This document shows, piece by piece, positions 46,459 to 55,211 of a DNA stretch of 62,620 nucleotides (position 1 is its first letter; every line of letters begins with the position of its first letter). Made by a program: the position numbers and the translations under genes. Under the pieces are notes generated by a model. That model saw nothing but the letters and a program-made list of their open reading frames with translations. It did not search any database and had not been told where the DNA came from. The DNA is from a virus (Duplodnaviria; Caudoviricetes). Where the stretch lies: IMG/VR virus record IMGVR_UViG_3300008110_000094, positions 1-62,620 of that record, one strand, 5' to 3'.

Positions 46459-47115
46459 TTAAGCAAGAAATTCGGGCACGCCTTCGCTGGCCTGCGGCTT
46501 CGGCGCTTTGGTGGGCCGAACGGATGCAGGGTCAAAAACGATGCGGAACAGGCGGTAGGTCGCGAGAAGGTCCGTCATGGCGTCGTGGGCGCCGACGTGC
46601 TTTTCCTTCAAGATGATTTCGACGGCCTCGGAGAGTTTCGGCGTCTTGAAATGCCGACGACCGGCGGCCTTCATTGCTTCGGTCGGGTCGATCTTGCACA
46701 GGCCCGTGCAGGGCGGCAGAACGTCGAATGTTTTGCGCGCCCCGTACCGATCATCCATGTTGGCGCGACGCAGCTCGCCGCGCATCATCTTGAGGTCGAA
46801 GGTGATGTTGTAGCCGACGATCAGATCGGCGGCGTCGTGCAGATCGGCCCAGGCCTGCAATACCTCGGCGGCCGGTTTGCCTTCGGCCTCGAGGCTGGCA
46901 TGGGTAAGACCGTTGCCGAGCTTTTCCGCGAGTGCGTCGTCCATGCGCCAGCCATCGGGCTTGATCTTCTCGCAGAACGACTTGCTCGGCTTGTCGGCCT
47001 CGCCGTCGAACAGGGCGCCGGCCAACTGGACGATGCGCGGCTGAGTCGGATCGTCAGCGGGCAGGTTGAACTTGGGCAAGCCGCTCGTCTCGCAGTCGAA
47101 CACAAAGATTTTCAC
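46459..47115 (-). CDS. DEDDh 3'-5' exonuclease
   Basis: FDCETSGL, YN..FD, PKLSE, AHDA..D. Confidence 0.9.
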   Translation of the reverse strand: MKIFVFDCETSGLPKFNLPADDPTQPRIVQLAGALFDGEADKPSKSFCEKIKPDGWRMDDALAEKLGNGLTHASLEAEGKPAAEVLQAWADLHDAADLIVGYNITFDLKMMRGELRRANMDDRYGARKTFDVLPPCTGLCKIDPTEAMKAAGRRHFKTPKLSEAVEIILKEKHVGAHDAMTDLLATYRLFRIVFDPASVRPTKAPKPQASEGVPEFLA

Positions 47116-48134
47116 TTGAGGAACTCCGCTATCTCTTGGGTTGGTTGGGGTCTGGTATCGAAACGCTCGACCTTGGTTGCGCTGTCCAGAACCAGCACCG
47201 ATCCTGGCGTGTTGAGCTTTGCGATTTCGTCGTAAGAGAGCTTTCCCTTGACCAGAAACGGGGCCGCCTGTTCCTCTTGGCCGCCGTCGTGCTCACGGCA
47301 AAACGGCGTTCCCCACGCAGGGCACCAGCGCTCGCTGCACAGCTTCGACGAGGGGTTGGCCGGGAATGAAGCGGGGTCGCCGGGCTCGATGTTGCGGGCC
47401 GGATCGCCGTTGAGGAACGTATGAAGGGACAGATCCATGTGGCGGATCACGGACACCGCCGCTTGTTCGCACCCTTGCACGTCATAGGCGAAGGTCCGTG
47501 GGGCAGGCTGGGGCTTGTCGATCGCGCAGCGCTGCACGAAATCTTCGGCAATCTCCTTGATCGGAAAGCCGTGGGTGCGCCCAAGCAAGCTGTATCCACC
47601 GAACTGCGGCTTGTGAGAGCCGAAGCGCTGCTTGCCGGTCTTGAGGTCGCGCAAGCGCTCGGGCTCGCGCGCCAGCACATCCGATTGACCGGATAGGGCG
47701 AGGTTGTTTGCCGACCACGGGATGCGAGCCACCAAGCGCTGTTCGACCGTCAGGGGTTCGATTTCGGGAACGATGTGCGCGGCATAGGCTTGCGTCATGC
47801 GAATCACTTGGCGCTCGGCCACGGACTGCGACGGCGTTTCTTTGTCCATGCGCGCGTCGTCCTCGCGCATCTTCTCGTGCAGCGTGGCAACGGCGGCATC
47901 TTGGGCGGCCGAAAGGTTTGGGCTATCTGCCCCGCCAGCTTTTTCGCTGAGCAGCGTTTCCGCGCCCCGGTGGACGGCAGATCCGACCGACGCGCCGATC
48001 GATCCGGCCGGTTGACGGAGTTTGAAGCCTGCAGCCTCGATCAGACGCTTGAAGCTCCGCGCAGCACCCCGACGCGGGCAATCCGGCCAGGACGACAGGG
48101 ACGAGCAGCGCACGGTAATGGTGTCGTCGATCAT
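47112..48134 (-). CDS. PD-(D/E)XK nuclease (RecB/Cas4-like)
   Basis: SSL....CPR, G.A.H, E, G..D, DLKTG, Q...Y, C....C......C. Confidence 0.85.
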   Translation of the reverse strand: MIDDTITVRCSSLSSWPDCPRRGAARSFKRLIEAAGFKLRQPAGSIGASVGSAVHRGAETLLSEKAGGADSPNLSAAQDAAVATLHEKMREDDARMDKETPSQSVAERQVIRMTQAYAAHIVPEIEPLTVEQRLVARIPWSANNLALSGQSDVLAREPERLRDLKTGKQRFGSHKPQFGGYSLLGRTHGFPIKEIAEDFVQRCAIDKPQPAPRTFAYDVQGCEQAAVSVIRHMDLSLHTFLNGDPARNIEPGDPASFPANPSSKLCSERWCPAWGTPFCREHDGGQEEQAAPFLVKGKLSYDEIAKLNTPGSVLVLDSATKVERFDTRPQPTQEIAEFLK

Positions 48135-48415
48135 TCGCGCTCCTTGGCCGCCGACTGAGCGGGCGTGCGGGACGGGTGTTTGACGAAAAGATCGACGCGC
48201 CGGTAATTGATCGGCGGCGACAGATCGTTTGCCAGCCGAACGCAGGCGCGATGTTCGATGCTTGTAAAGCCAGGCCCCAGATCGGCGGTCTGCGCAAAAT
48301 CCAAAGGCTTCTCAACCTTCACCAAGGCATCTTCCTCATGCGCAGGCGCGCATTGGCGCGTGTGGCCTTCTGCAATGAGGCAATAGGCGAGGACGCAGAT
48401 TGCAATCGGGTTCAT
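48131..48415 (-). CDS. Hypothetical protein with hydrophobic N-terminus
   Basis: First ORF of the left operon; ATGA-coupled to the nuclease gene. Confidence 0.5.
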   Translation of the reverse strand: MNPIAICVLAYCLIAEGHTRQCAPAHEEDALVKVEKPLDFAQTADLGPGFTSIEHRACVRLANDLSPPINYRRVDLFVKHPSRTPAQSAAKERE

Positions 48416-48423
48416 TCCGATTG

Positions 48424-48463
48424 CGTATCATAACGTAACGCATGTGGTCAACGTTATGTTACG
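48424..48463. promoter_or_regulatory. OL: two operators (48424-40, 48447-63) overlapping a leftward TTGACC -35
   Basis: CGTATCATAACGTAACG and GTCAACGTTATGTTACG. Confidence 0.75.
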
Positions 48464-48539
48464 GCAATTGTCTGCAAAGAAGGTCAATTGGCTGATTTGA
48501 AACGGAAGTTTTGCGCGCAACCGGAGTCGCGCGGCGAGC

Positions 48540-48776
48540 CTATTCGTGCTGGCCGAGAATCAGAAAATCGATGCTCTTACTCACGGCTCGGGCCATTTCG
48601 ACAAGGATTTCAAAGGGCGGCTCGCGACTGCCGCGTTCATAGCTGCGATATCGATGGGGGTCGATTTTAAGCAGTTTTGCGAATTGCTCAGCCGAATCGT
48701 GGCCCGCTGCGAGGCGACATGCTTGGAGTCGTCGGGCAAAGGCCTTGGTGTACTGGCTGGGCGGTGGTGCTGCCAT
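48540..48776 (-). CDS. CI-like XRE HTH repressor (no peptidase domain)
   Basis: RL...R...G....FA..L.I......YERG.REP....L..........D.L; divergent from cro. Confidence 0.85.
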   Translation of the reverse strand: MAAPPPSQYTKAFARRLQACRLAAGHDSAEQFAKLLKIDPHRYRSYERGSREPPFEILVEMARAVSKSIDFLILGQHE

Positions 48777-48840
48777 ACGCGGTGTTTTACGCCGACTCCG
48801 GGGAGATAGCAAAGAGTTTTCCACATTCTGCGTTTTTGTC

Positions 48841-48870
48841 TTGACCACCGTAACGTAATGTCACACTAAA
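48841..48870 (+). promoter_or_regulatory. PR/OR: TTGACC -35 with operator CGTAACGTAATGTCACA (48849-65)
   Basis: Motif lies between -35 and -10, just upstream of cro. Confidence 0.7.
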
Positions 48871-48877
48871 TTATTTC

Positions 48878-49120
48878 ATGATGTCTCCGAGTCTGCACTC
48901 CCACGCTCTACTGATTGACGCCCTCGGCGGGGCGACCGCAACGGCTAGGGCTTTGCGCGCCCTTGGCGCCGATCGCGTCAATCGGTCGGTTGTCCAGAAT
49001 TGGCGCACGCGCGGCATCGCTTGGCGCTACCGCCCAGCCGTTGCCGACCTTCTGCGCAAGGCCCGCCATGCGGTGCCGGCCGATTTCCTCGCCCCCCACG
49101 AAAACAAGGATGCTGCCTGA
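48878..49120 (+). CDS. Cro-like regulator
   Basis: LIDALGG....ARAL......V.NW..RGI; divergent from cI. Confidence 0.8.
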   Translation: MMSPSLHSHALLIDALGGATATARALRALGADRVNRSVVQNWRTRGIAWRYRPAVADLLRKARHAVPADFLAPHENKDAA

Positions 49121-49488
49121 TGGCGAAGCCCAAAAAGTCCAACCCTGCCCCAGCGATCGGCCACAATTCCGGCGTCGATCCGACCACGGCAATGCGCCTC
49201 AAGTCGTTCGTCGAGCGCATCGAGCGCTTGGACGCCGAAATTAAGGACATGAACGCCGACAAGGCCCAGGTCTATGCCGAGGCCAAGGGCACGGGGTTCG
49301 ATCCGAAGATCATTCGCGAGGTCGTCAAACTGCGGAAGAAGCCGAGCGACGAACTGCAGGAGTTCGACTCGCTGGTTGAGCTTTATCGGTCGGCCCTGGA
49401 CATCGCCAACAGCGCCAAGCCGCCGATCACGGTCGCCGTGAAACCGACCGCGAACCCCGACACCGCTTTCCTCGAAGGTGCAGCATGA
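49120..49488 (+). CDS. gapR: GapR/DUF2312 nucleoid-associated protein homologue
   Basis: GHNS; LKSFVERIERL..E........VYAEAKG.GFD.K....V.LRK. Confidence 0.9.
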   Translation: MAKPKKSNPAPAIGHNSGVDPTTAMRLKSFVERIERLDAEIKDMNADKAQVYAEAKGTGFDPKIIREVVKLRKKPSDELQEFDSLVELYRSALDIANSAKPPITVAVKPTANPDTAFLEGAA

Positions 49489-49727
49489 AGCCCGGCTTCA
49501 TTGGCGCCGTTGCCGCAGCAGCGGCGGCAGCAGTCGCTTCCATGACGGCGGCAATGCCCCGTTCGCTGTCCCCGAACACCATTGCCCGCCGCCGCGAACT
49601 CACCGCCGCTTGGCGCTGGTACGAGCCGCGCAAGCTGATCCTGCCGAAGACCGGCCCGCGCCCGGCAAGCACCTATCGCGCCGCGCGCCGGAACGCGCAC
49701 CGCAAGCTTGCTCGGGGTGCACGATGA
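49485..49727 (+). CDS. Hypothetical basic protein
   Basis: ATGA coupling on both sides. Confidence 0.5.
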   Translation: MKPGFIGAVAAAAAAAVASMTAAMPRSLSPNTIARRRELTAAWRWYEPRKLILPKTGPRPASTYRAARRNAHRKLARGAR

Positions 49728-50002
49728 AGCCCCTCAGCGCAAACGAGCAGGTTGTGCTGCAACTGCTGACGCGCGCCGCCGCTACCGGCGCCGTCGCCCC
49801 GAAGAACGTGGAGCTTGCGGCATCGCTGGGCTGTTCGACCCATTCGACGGGTGCGGCAATCGTGCGCCGCCTCGAAAGCTACGGACTGATCCGCGTCGAG
49901 CGATTCACGGATAGCCGCGTGATCGAGATCGTGGGCACCAAGAAGAAAACCGCCCGGCCTGTCGGTGCGAGCCTCTCGAAGCACTATCGGTATCGCGCAT
50001 GA
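49724..50002 (+). CDS. LexA-type winged-HTH protein
   Basis: LS..EQ.VL.......P...ELA..LG..........LE..G.I. Confidence 0.65.
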   Translation: MKPLSANEQVVLQLLTRAAATGAVAPKNVELAASLGCSTHSTGAAIVRRLESYGLIRVERFTDSRVIEIVGTKKKTARPVGASLSKHYRYRA

Positions 50003-50862
50003 GCGACCCGTTCAAAATAGACGGGCCTGCGCTTGTGTCGTTCAGCGGCGGCAGGACCAGCGCATACATGCTTTGGCGCATCCTACAGGCCCACGGCGGC
50101 ACGCTGCCCGCCGATGTGCGCGTTACCTTCGCCAACACCGGCAAGGAAACGCCGCAGACGTTGGACTTCGTGCGCGACTGCGGAGATCGGTGGGGCGTCG
50201 ATATCGTTTGGCTGCAATACAAGGAAGCCGACGAAACGAAAGACCGTTGGGAGATTGTCACGCACGAAACAGCGGCACGCAAGGGTGAGCCATTCAAAGC
50301 GCTGATTGACCGCAAGGGGTATCTGCCGAACCCCGTCACGCGCTTTTGCACAAGCGAACTAAAAATCCGCGTGATGCGCGATTTCTGCCGCTCGTTGGGT
50401 TGGGATAACTGGACGAATGTGATCGGCTTGCGCGCAGACGAACCGGCGCGAGTAGCGCGGGCGCGAGTAGCGCGGGCGCGAGTAAATCGCGACGCTTGGG
50501 AAAACGCAATGCCGCTGGCGACGGCGGGCATCACAAAGAGCGACGTTCAGGAGTTTTGGGCGCGGCAGAATTTCGATCTGAGCTTGCTCAACATTGGCGG
50601 CACGACGCCAGCCGGTAACTGCGACCTTTGCTTTTTGAAAGGCGCGGCGACCATTGCGGGCTTGATCCGCGCCAATCCCGATCTAGCCGATTGGTGGGCC
50701 GAGGCCGAGGCCGCGACGCGCGCAAGCAAGCCAGACGGCGCGCGGTTTCGCAAAGACCGCATGGGCTATGAGGCAATGAAGCTGGCGGTTTTGCAGCAGC
50801 AGAATTTCGACTTTCCCGACGAAAACCGGATCGACTGCTTTTGCATGGATGACGCAGCATGA
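49999..50862 (+). CDS. PAPS-reductase-family (PP-loop) protein
   Basis: SFSGGRTS, FANTGKE...TL.F, RFCT.ELK, GLRADE, GNC..CFLK. Confidence 0.88.
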   Translation: MSDPFKIDGPALVSFSGGRTSAYMLWRILQAHGGTLPADVRVTFANTGKETPQTLDFVRDCGDRWGVDIVWLQYKEADETKDRWEIVTHETAARKGEPFKALIDRKGYLPNPVTRFCTSELKIRVMRDFCRSLGWDNWTNVIGLRADEPARVARARVARARVNRDAWENAMPLATAGITKSDVQEFWARQNFDLSLLNIGGTTPAGNCDLCFLKGAATIAGLIRANPDLADWWAEAEAATRASKPDGARFRKDRMGYEAMKLAVLQQQNFDFPDENRIDCFCMDDAA

Positions 50863-51176
50863 GCCGTACCTTGGACGACATGCCGCTCTTTGCCTATCGC
50901 GGGGCTCCCGGCGTCAAGTCGGACGACGCGACGACGCTGCGTGCCGCCCTCGATATGGCGGGACGGGCGCACTACCTGCGCGCCGCCGTCCTCAGCGACA
51001 TGAAGGCCAACGGGCCGGGAACTGCCGACCAGATCGCGCGCCGCATTGGCGAAAGCATCCTCGCCATTCGGCCCCGGTGCTCTGAACTCCGTGCGGCGGG
51101 CTTCATTCGCGATAGCGGCGTTCGCTCGAGGAACGACAGCGGCAAGTCCGCGATCGTCTGGTGCTTGGCGCCATGA
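50859..51176 (+). CDS. Winged-HTH protein
   Basis: TADQIA........IRPR.SEL...G.I.DSG.R....G....VW. Confidence 0.7.
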   Translation: MSRTLDDMPLFAYRGAPGVKSDDATTLRAALDMAGRAHYLRAAVLSDMKANGPGTADQIARRIGESILAIRPRCSELRAAGFIRDSGVRSRNDSGKSAIVWCLAP

Positions 51177-51511
51177 GCAGCCCCCACTATTCGCGCACCA
51201 AGGCCATCGTGCGGCACGCCGAGAAGCGTGCTGCGCAGCGCTACGGCGTCGATCCCTCTGTCGTGAAGGACTGCGAACGCCTGATTAAGAAGGAACGCAA
51301 GTTCCTCGCACGCTGGAAAGCCGACAAGTTCCACTCGAATGAAATTGACACGCGGAAGATCCAAGCGGTTCGCATCATCCATTGGCACGCCAGCTCGCGC
51401 GAACAGTGGCGCGTGGAAACCGAAAACAAGACCCGCTACCGCGTGGTGTTCGACACCGCGATCGAGCGCGTCGTCACCTTCCTGCCCCTGCGACCGGAGG
51501 ACATGCCGTGA
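51173..51511 (+). CDS. Hypothetical protein, possible RelE/BECR-like fold
   Basis: HA..RA..RY...YRVVFD.....VVTFLP. Confidence 0.55.
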   Translation: MSSPHYSRTKAIVRHAEKRAAQRYGVDPSVVKDCERLIKKERKFLARWKADKFHSNEIDTRKIQAVRIIHWHASSREQWRVETENKTRYRVVFDTAIERVVTFLPLRPEDMP

Positions 51512-51771
51512 GCATTTTTTCGGATATGGATTTTCTCGGCGTGACGCCCGGCTCTGCACAGCAATGGTCCGTGCAAGAGCGGGCGGCCATTCAGAATCTG
51601 AGTCAGCAAGAGGTGCAAACTGCCATCAATAGGATTTGGTCGGAGCGATTCAACAATGCTCCCGAGCCGGTTTCATGGGGCGAGCGCAAGCGCCCTGGCG
51701 ACCTGACCGCCAACCAGAAGGCTTGGTGCGACGAGAACCTGCGCTCCTTCATGCCGAAGGTGCTGCCGTGA
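51508..51771 (+). CDS. Hypothetical protein
   Basis: GGAGG RBS, GTGA coupling. Confidence 0.5.
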   Translation: MSIFSDMDFLGVTPGSAQQWSVQERAAIQNLSQQEVQTAINRIWSERFNNAPEPVSWGERKRPGDLTANQKAWCDENLRSFMPKVLP

Positions 51772-52073
51772 GCGATGCAGAGCAGACGCACTTGATGGCC
51801 GTGGTCGGGACGCTGCGCGGCGATCCCGCGCTAATCGTTCGGCAGTCGTCGGATTTTGTGTCCGTGTGGCCGGTCGAAAACAGCAAGCGGTCAATCGAGG
51901 TACTTGAAGTGGTTTGCGACCGGATCAACGGCGTCGGCACGCCGGCCGCCGCACTCCTAGACCTGACACCGAAGCCGTCCGAGCCGACATGGGGCAAAAT
52001 CGCAGGCTGGGTTTTGCTTGGATTCTGGTTTGGCGTTTTGGCGGTCTATGTCGCCCAAAAGGTGGTGACATGA
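51768..52073 (+). CDS. Hypothetical protein with C-terminal TM helix
   Basis: GTGA coupling; IAGWVLLGFWFGVLAVYV. Confidence 0.5.
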   Translation: MSDAEQTHLMAVVGTLRGDPALIVRQSSDFVSVWPVENSKRSIEVLEVVCDRINGVGTPAAALLDLTPKPSEPTWGKIAGWVLLGFWFGVLAVYVAQKVVT

Positions 52074-52399
52074 GATTGGTCATCCTTGAAAGTCCGTATG
52101 CTGGCGACATAGAGCGCAACGTCGAATATGCGCGGGCGTGCGTCCGCGACTCCCTAAGCCGTGGCGAGGCCCCCATTGCATCGCACTTGCTTTACACGCA
52201 GCCGGGGATTTTGCGCGACGAAATAGACGAAGAACGCCAATGGGGAATTGACGCGGGGCTCGCGTGGCGCCGCGTTGCCGAGGCGTCCGTCGTTTACGAA
52301 GACTACGGAATATCTCGGGGCATGGAATACGGAATCGCTGCTGCCCTCGCTGCGGGGGTGCCGATTGAGTATCGCAATCTGCCAGGGTTTGCGCGATGA
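52070..52399 (+). CDS. Nucleoside deoxyribosyltransferase-like (DUF4406-like) protein
   Basis: ESPYAGD...N..YAR......GE.P.ASHLLY...D....ER..G.....GIS.GM. Confidence 0.75.
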   Translation: MRLVILESPYAGDIERNVEYARACVRDSLSRGEAPIASHLLYTQPGILRDEIDEERQWGIDAGLAWRRVAEASVVYEDYGISRGMEYGIAAALAAGVPIEYRNLPGFAR

Positions 52400-53688
52400 G
52401 CGTTCGCATCCTCCTTGGCGACGTGCGCGCCCGGCTGCGCGACTTGGAAGCGGACAGCGTGAATTGCGTTGTAACGAGCCCCCCTTACTGGGGATTGCGT
52501 TCATACGGCGTTGACGGCCAGCTCGGGCTCGAACCAACGGCGCAAGAGCACGTCGATACGATGGTCGATGTGTTCCGCGAGGTCCGCCGCGTCCTTCGCC
52601 CGGACGGCGTGTGCTGGGTGAACTACGGCGACAGCTACGCGACCGGCGTGAACGGTCGGAGCGCTGCAGATACCAAGGCGGCCGGGAACGACGATCGGAC
52701 GTTCCGCGACAAGCCGTTTTCGACGGCGGTGGGCGGGCTCAAGTCCAAAGATTTGTGCATGGTCCCGTTCCGGTTCGCCATTGCGATGCAGGCCGATGGC
52801 TGGTGGCTGCGGTCGGTCCTTCCTTGGGTGAAGCGCAACGGGATGCCCGAGAGCATTTCGGATCGGCCGGCAACGGCGGTCGAGTATGTGTTCATGTTCA
52901 CGAAATCCGCGCGCTACTGGTACGACGCGGAAGCCGTGCGCAAAGCTGCATCGGTCAACACGCATGCGCGCATTGCTCAGCCTGCTGGTTGGAACACCGC
53001 GCCTGGGTCGCATGGAAACATCCACCCGGACGGGCGACGCAAGAAGCCCGTCGTCCGCACCCCGAAATCCGTCGAGCCGGGGCAGGGCATCAAGGCCAAC
53101 CACAGTTTCGAAGCCGCGAGCAGTTCCGAGGTTTTGCTGGACCGGAACTTCCGCAACACGGACCTGTTCTTCGACAGTCTGGACGACGAGCAACCGCCTG
53201 CACCCGTTGCCAGTGCCCCGGCAAAGCCCGACAAGCAGCGCGGCCACGGTCGCCGCCACCAAGGCTTCAACGAGCGCTGGGACCAGATGGAGCGGGCCGA
53301 GCAGCAGGCAAACGGCCGCAATTTCAGAAACACCGATCTGATGCTTGAGAGCATCGACGGCGCCCACGGCCTGATATCGGACGCCGAGGGCAATCCCCTG
53401 GCCCTCGATGTTGCCCCCCATCCGTTTTCGGGCGCCCACTTCGCGACCTTCCCGCCCAAGCTGATCGAGCCGCTTATCAAGGCCGGTTGCCCGGAAGGGG
53501 GAACGGTGCTCGATCCATTCGGGGGAGCCGGGACTACAGGGCTGGTTGCCGACCGCCTCAAGCGCAATGCCGTGCTGATCGAACTCAACGAAGAATACGC
53601 AAAAATTGCGGAAAATCGCTTGCACAGCGACGGCGGGATGTTTCTGGATTTCGCAATCGAGAGTAACAAGACCACAAAATATGGATAA
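52396..53688 (+). CDS. Beta-class N4-C/N6-A DNA methyltransferase
   Basis: TSPPY near the N-terminus; HFATFP...VLDPFGGAGTT near the C-terminus. Confidence 0.92.
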   Translation: MSVRILLGDVRARLRDLEADSVNCVVTSPPYWGLRSYGVDGQLGLEPTAQEHVDTMVDVFREVRRVLRPDGVCWVNYGDSYATGVNGRSAADTKAAGNDDRTFRDKPFSTAVGGLKSKDLCMVPFRFAIAMQADGWWLRSVLPWVKRNGMPESISDRPATAVEYVFMFTKSARYWYDAEAVRKAASVNTHARIAQPAGWNTAPGSHGNIHPDGRRKKPVVRTPKSVEPGQGIKANHSFEAASSSEVLLDRNFRNTDLFFDSLDDEQPPAPVASAPAKPDKQRGHGRRHQGFNERWDQMERAEQQANGRNFRNTDLMLESIDGAHGLISDAEGNPLALDVAPHPFSGAHFATFPPKLIEPLIKAGCPEGGTVLDPFGGAGTTGLVADRLKRNAVLIELNEEYAKIAENRLHSDGGMFLDFAIESNKTTKYG

Positions 53689-53797
53689 CGGCGCGACCTA
53701 CCATTCAAGATTTAGGAATTTCGCGTAACACCTTGAAATTGCTACCCCCCCCCTCAAATTTCATGCAGTAAGTAAAAAACAACCACCGGAGCCGGGC

Positions 53798-54001
53798 ATG
53801 AACAACACCTGCGGAAAGCAAATCGGCGCTGCGATGCTCAAGTTCATCGACGCGATTGAGCAGTTTGGTCGAGATCTGGCTTCGGCCGGCGCCCAAGTGG
53901 ACCTTGACCCCGTGCGCCGGGGTTACGACCGGGTTCGGGTCGAGATTGATTCGGTTATTGCCAAGCACCCCGAAACCCCAAGGAAGGACGAGGCCGCATG
54001 A
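53798..54001 (+). CDS. Hypothetical protein
   Basis: GGAG RBS, ATGA coupling. Confidence 0.5.
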   Translation: MNNTCGKQIGAAMLKFIDAIEQFGRDLASAGAQVDLDPVRRGYDRVRVEIDSVIAKHPETPRKDEAA

Positions 54002-54471
54002 GCCGTATCAGCATCATCAAGGATGTCGTGGCCGGGTACTTCTCGATCACCCGGAACGATTTGATATCGGATCGGCGGGCCGAGAAGGTCGCGCGCCCCC
54101 GGATGACGGCAATGTGGATCTGCCGCCACGAGACGCCGCTGAGTCTGCCCTTCATCGGGCGGGCCTTCAACCGGGACCACACGACCGTCATGCACGCCTG
54201 CGAGCGCATCGAAGAACTTCGGGCGGCCGATCCCCTGTTCCGCGAGGCGACCGACAATCTCCGCGTCCGAGCCCGGTCCAAGCTCCTGTCGGCGGGCGAC
54301 CTGACCCCGGACCAGAAATCCATGATCGAGCGCGAGCTGACGCGCCAGCGCGCGGCCCTGGTCCGCATGGCAATCGCCAACCCGGCCAAGTTCGAGCGCC
54401 AGTACGGCGAGCTTGAGCCCTCGCCCGAGCAAGTCGAGCGGCAGGCGGAAGGGGTGGGGGCGGCGGTATGA
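53998..54471 (+). CDS. DnaA C-terminal (domain IV) HTH protein
   Basis: I...VA.YF.I...DL....R......PR..AM........SL..IG..FNRDHTTV.HA. Confidence 0.88.
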   Translation: MSRISIIKDVVAGYFSITRNDLISDRRAEKVARPRMTAMWICRHETPLSLPFIGRAFNRDHTTVMHACERIEELRAADPLFREATDNLRVRARSKLLSAGDLTPDQKSMIERELTRQRAALVRMAIANPAKFERQYGELEPSPEQVERQAEGVGAAV

Positions 54472-55208
54472 GCAACCGGAAACCGATTCCGAAGGGAACC
54501 AGATTTGAGGTTTTCAAACGGGACAAGTTCACCTGCCAGTATTGCGGCTCGAAAGCGCCGGATGTGGTCTTGCATGTCGATCACATCGACCCGGTAGCCA
54601 ACGGTGGCGGCAACGAAATCATGAACCTCGTCACGTCCTGCGTGGCGTGCAACGTCGGCAAGTCTGACAAGAAATTGTCGAATCAATCTGCGCTGTCGAA
54701 ACAGCGTGCCGAGATTGAGGCTTTGGAGGAGCGACGCCAGCAGCTTGAAATGATGATGGAGTGGCGCCGCGCCGCGACCGATTACGAAGTGGATGAACTA
54801 GCTATCCTGGCAAAAGAAATCGAATCTATCACGCATCGATCGCTGTCCAAATTCGGCATGCAGCAGCTTAGCTCGTTTCGCAAAAAGTACGAGGTAAGTG
54901 AAATTCTGATGGCGATTGATGATCTGTTTCCTGGGCCAGTGGAATCGAGCGCCGAGTTCAACGAAGCCTTTAAGCGGATTCCTATCAAATGCAAATGGCG
55001 CCGCATGTATGGCGATCATGGTGCCCGTTACGCTTACATCCAAGCCATTTTGCGCAACAGATTTCAGAACCAATACGCTCGGTTGGTGCCCGTGATTTAT
55101 CACGCTCACATCGAGCAAGGTCATCCCCTCGAGGAAATCGAAGCGAGGGCGCGCACCACTGGTTCAATTTCCGATTTTTGCGATGCCTTTGGCTTTGACT
55201 GGAGATAA
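54468..55208 (+). CDS. HNH endonuclease
   Basis: RFEVFKRD.FTCQYCG......L.VDHI.P...GG.....NL.T.C..CN.GK. Confidence 0.88.
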   Translation: MSNRKPIPKGTRFEVFKRDKFTCQYCGSKAPDVVLHVDHIDPVANGGGNEIMNLVTSCVACNVGKSDKKLSNQSALSKQRAEIEALEERRQQLEMMMEWRRAATDYEVDELAILAKEIESITHRSLSKFGMQQLSSFRKKYEVSEILMAIDDLFPGPVESSAEFNEAFKRIPIKCKWRRMYGDHGARYAYIQAILRNRFQNQYARLVPVIYHAHIEQGHPLEEIEARARTTGSISDFCDAFGFDWR

Positions 55209-55211
55209 CAA

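Noticed and set aside
43168-47235. 1355-aa + strand ORF
   Set aside because: Antisense shadow of four motif-bearing minus-strand genes in high-GC DNA; no recognisable motifs.
47112-48134. CRISPR-Cas or other RNA-guided locus (Cas4-like nuclease)
   Set aside because: No repeat-spacer array or cas genes seen; the context is a recombination operon.
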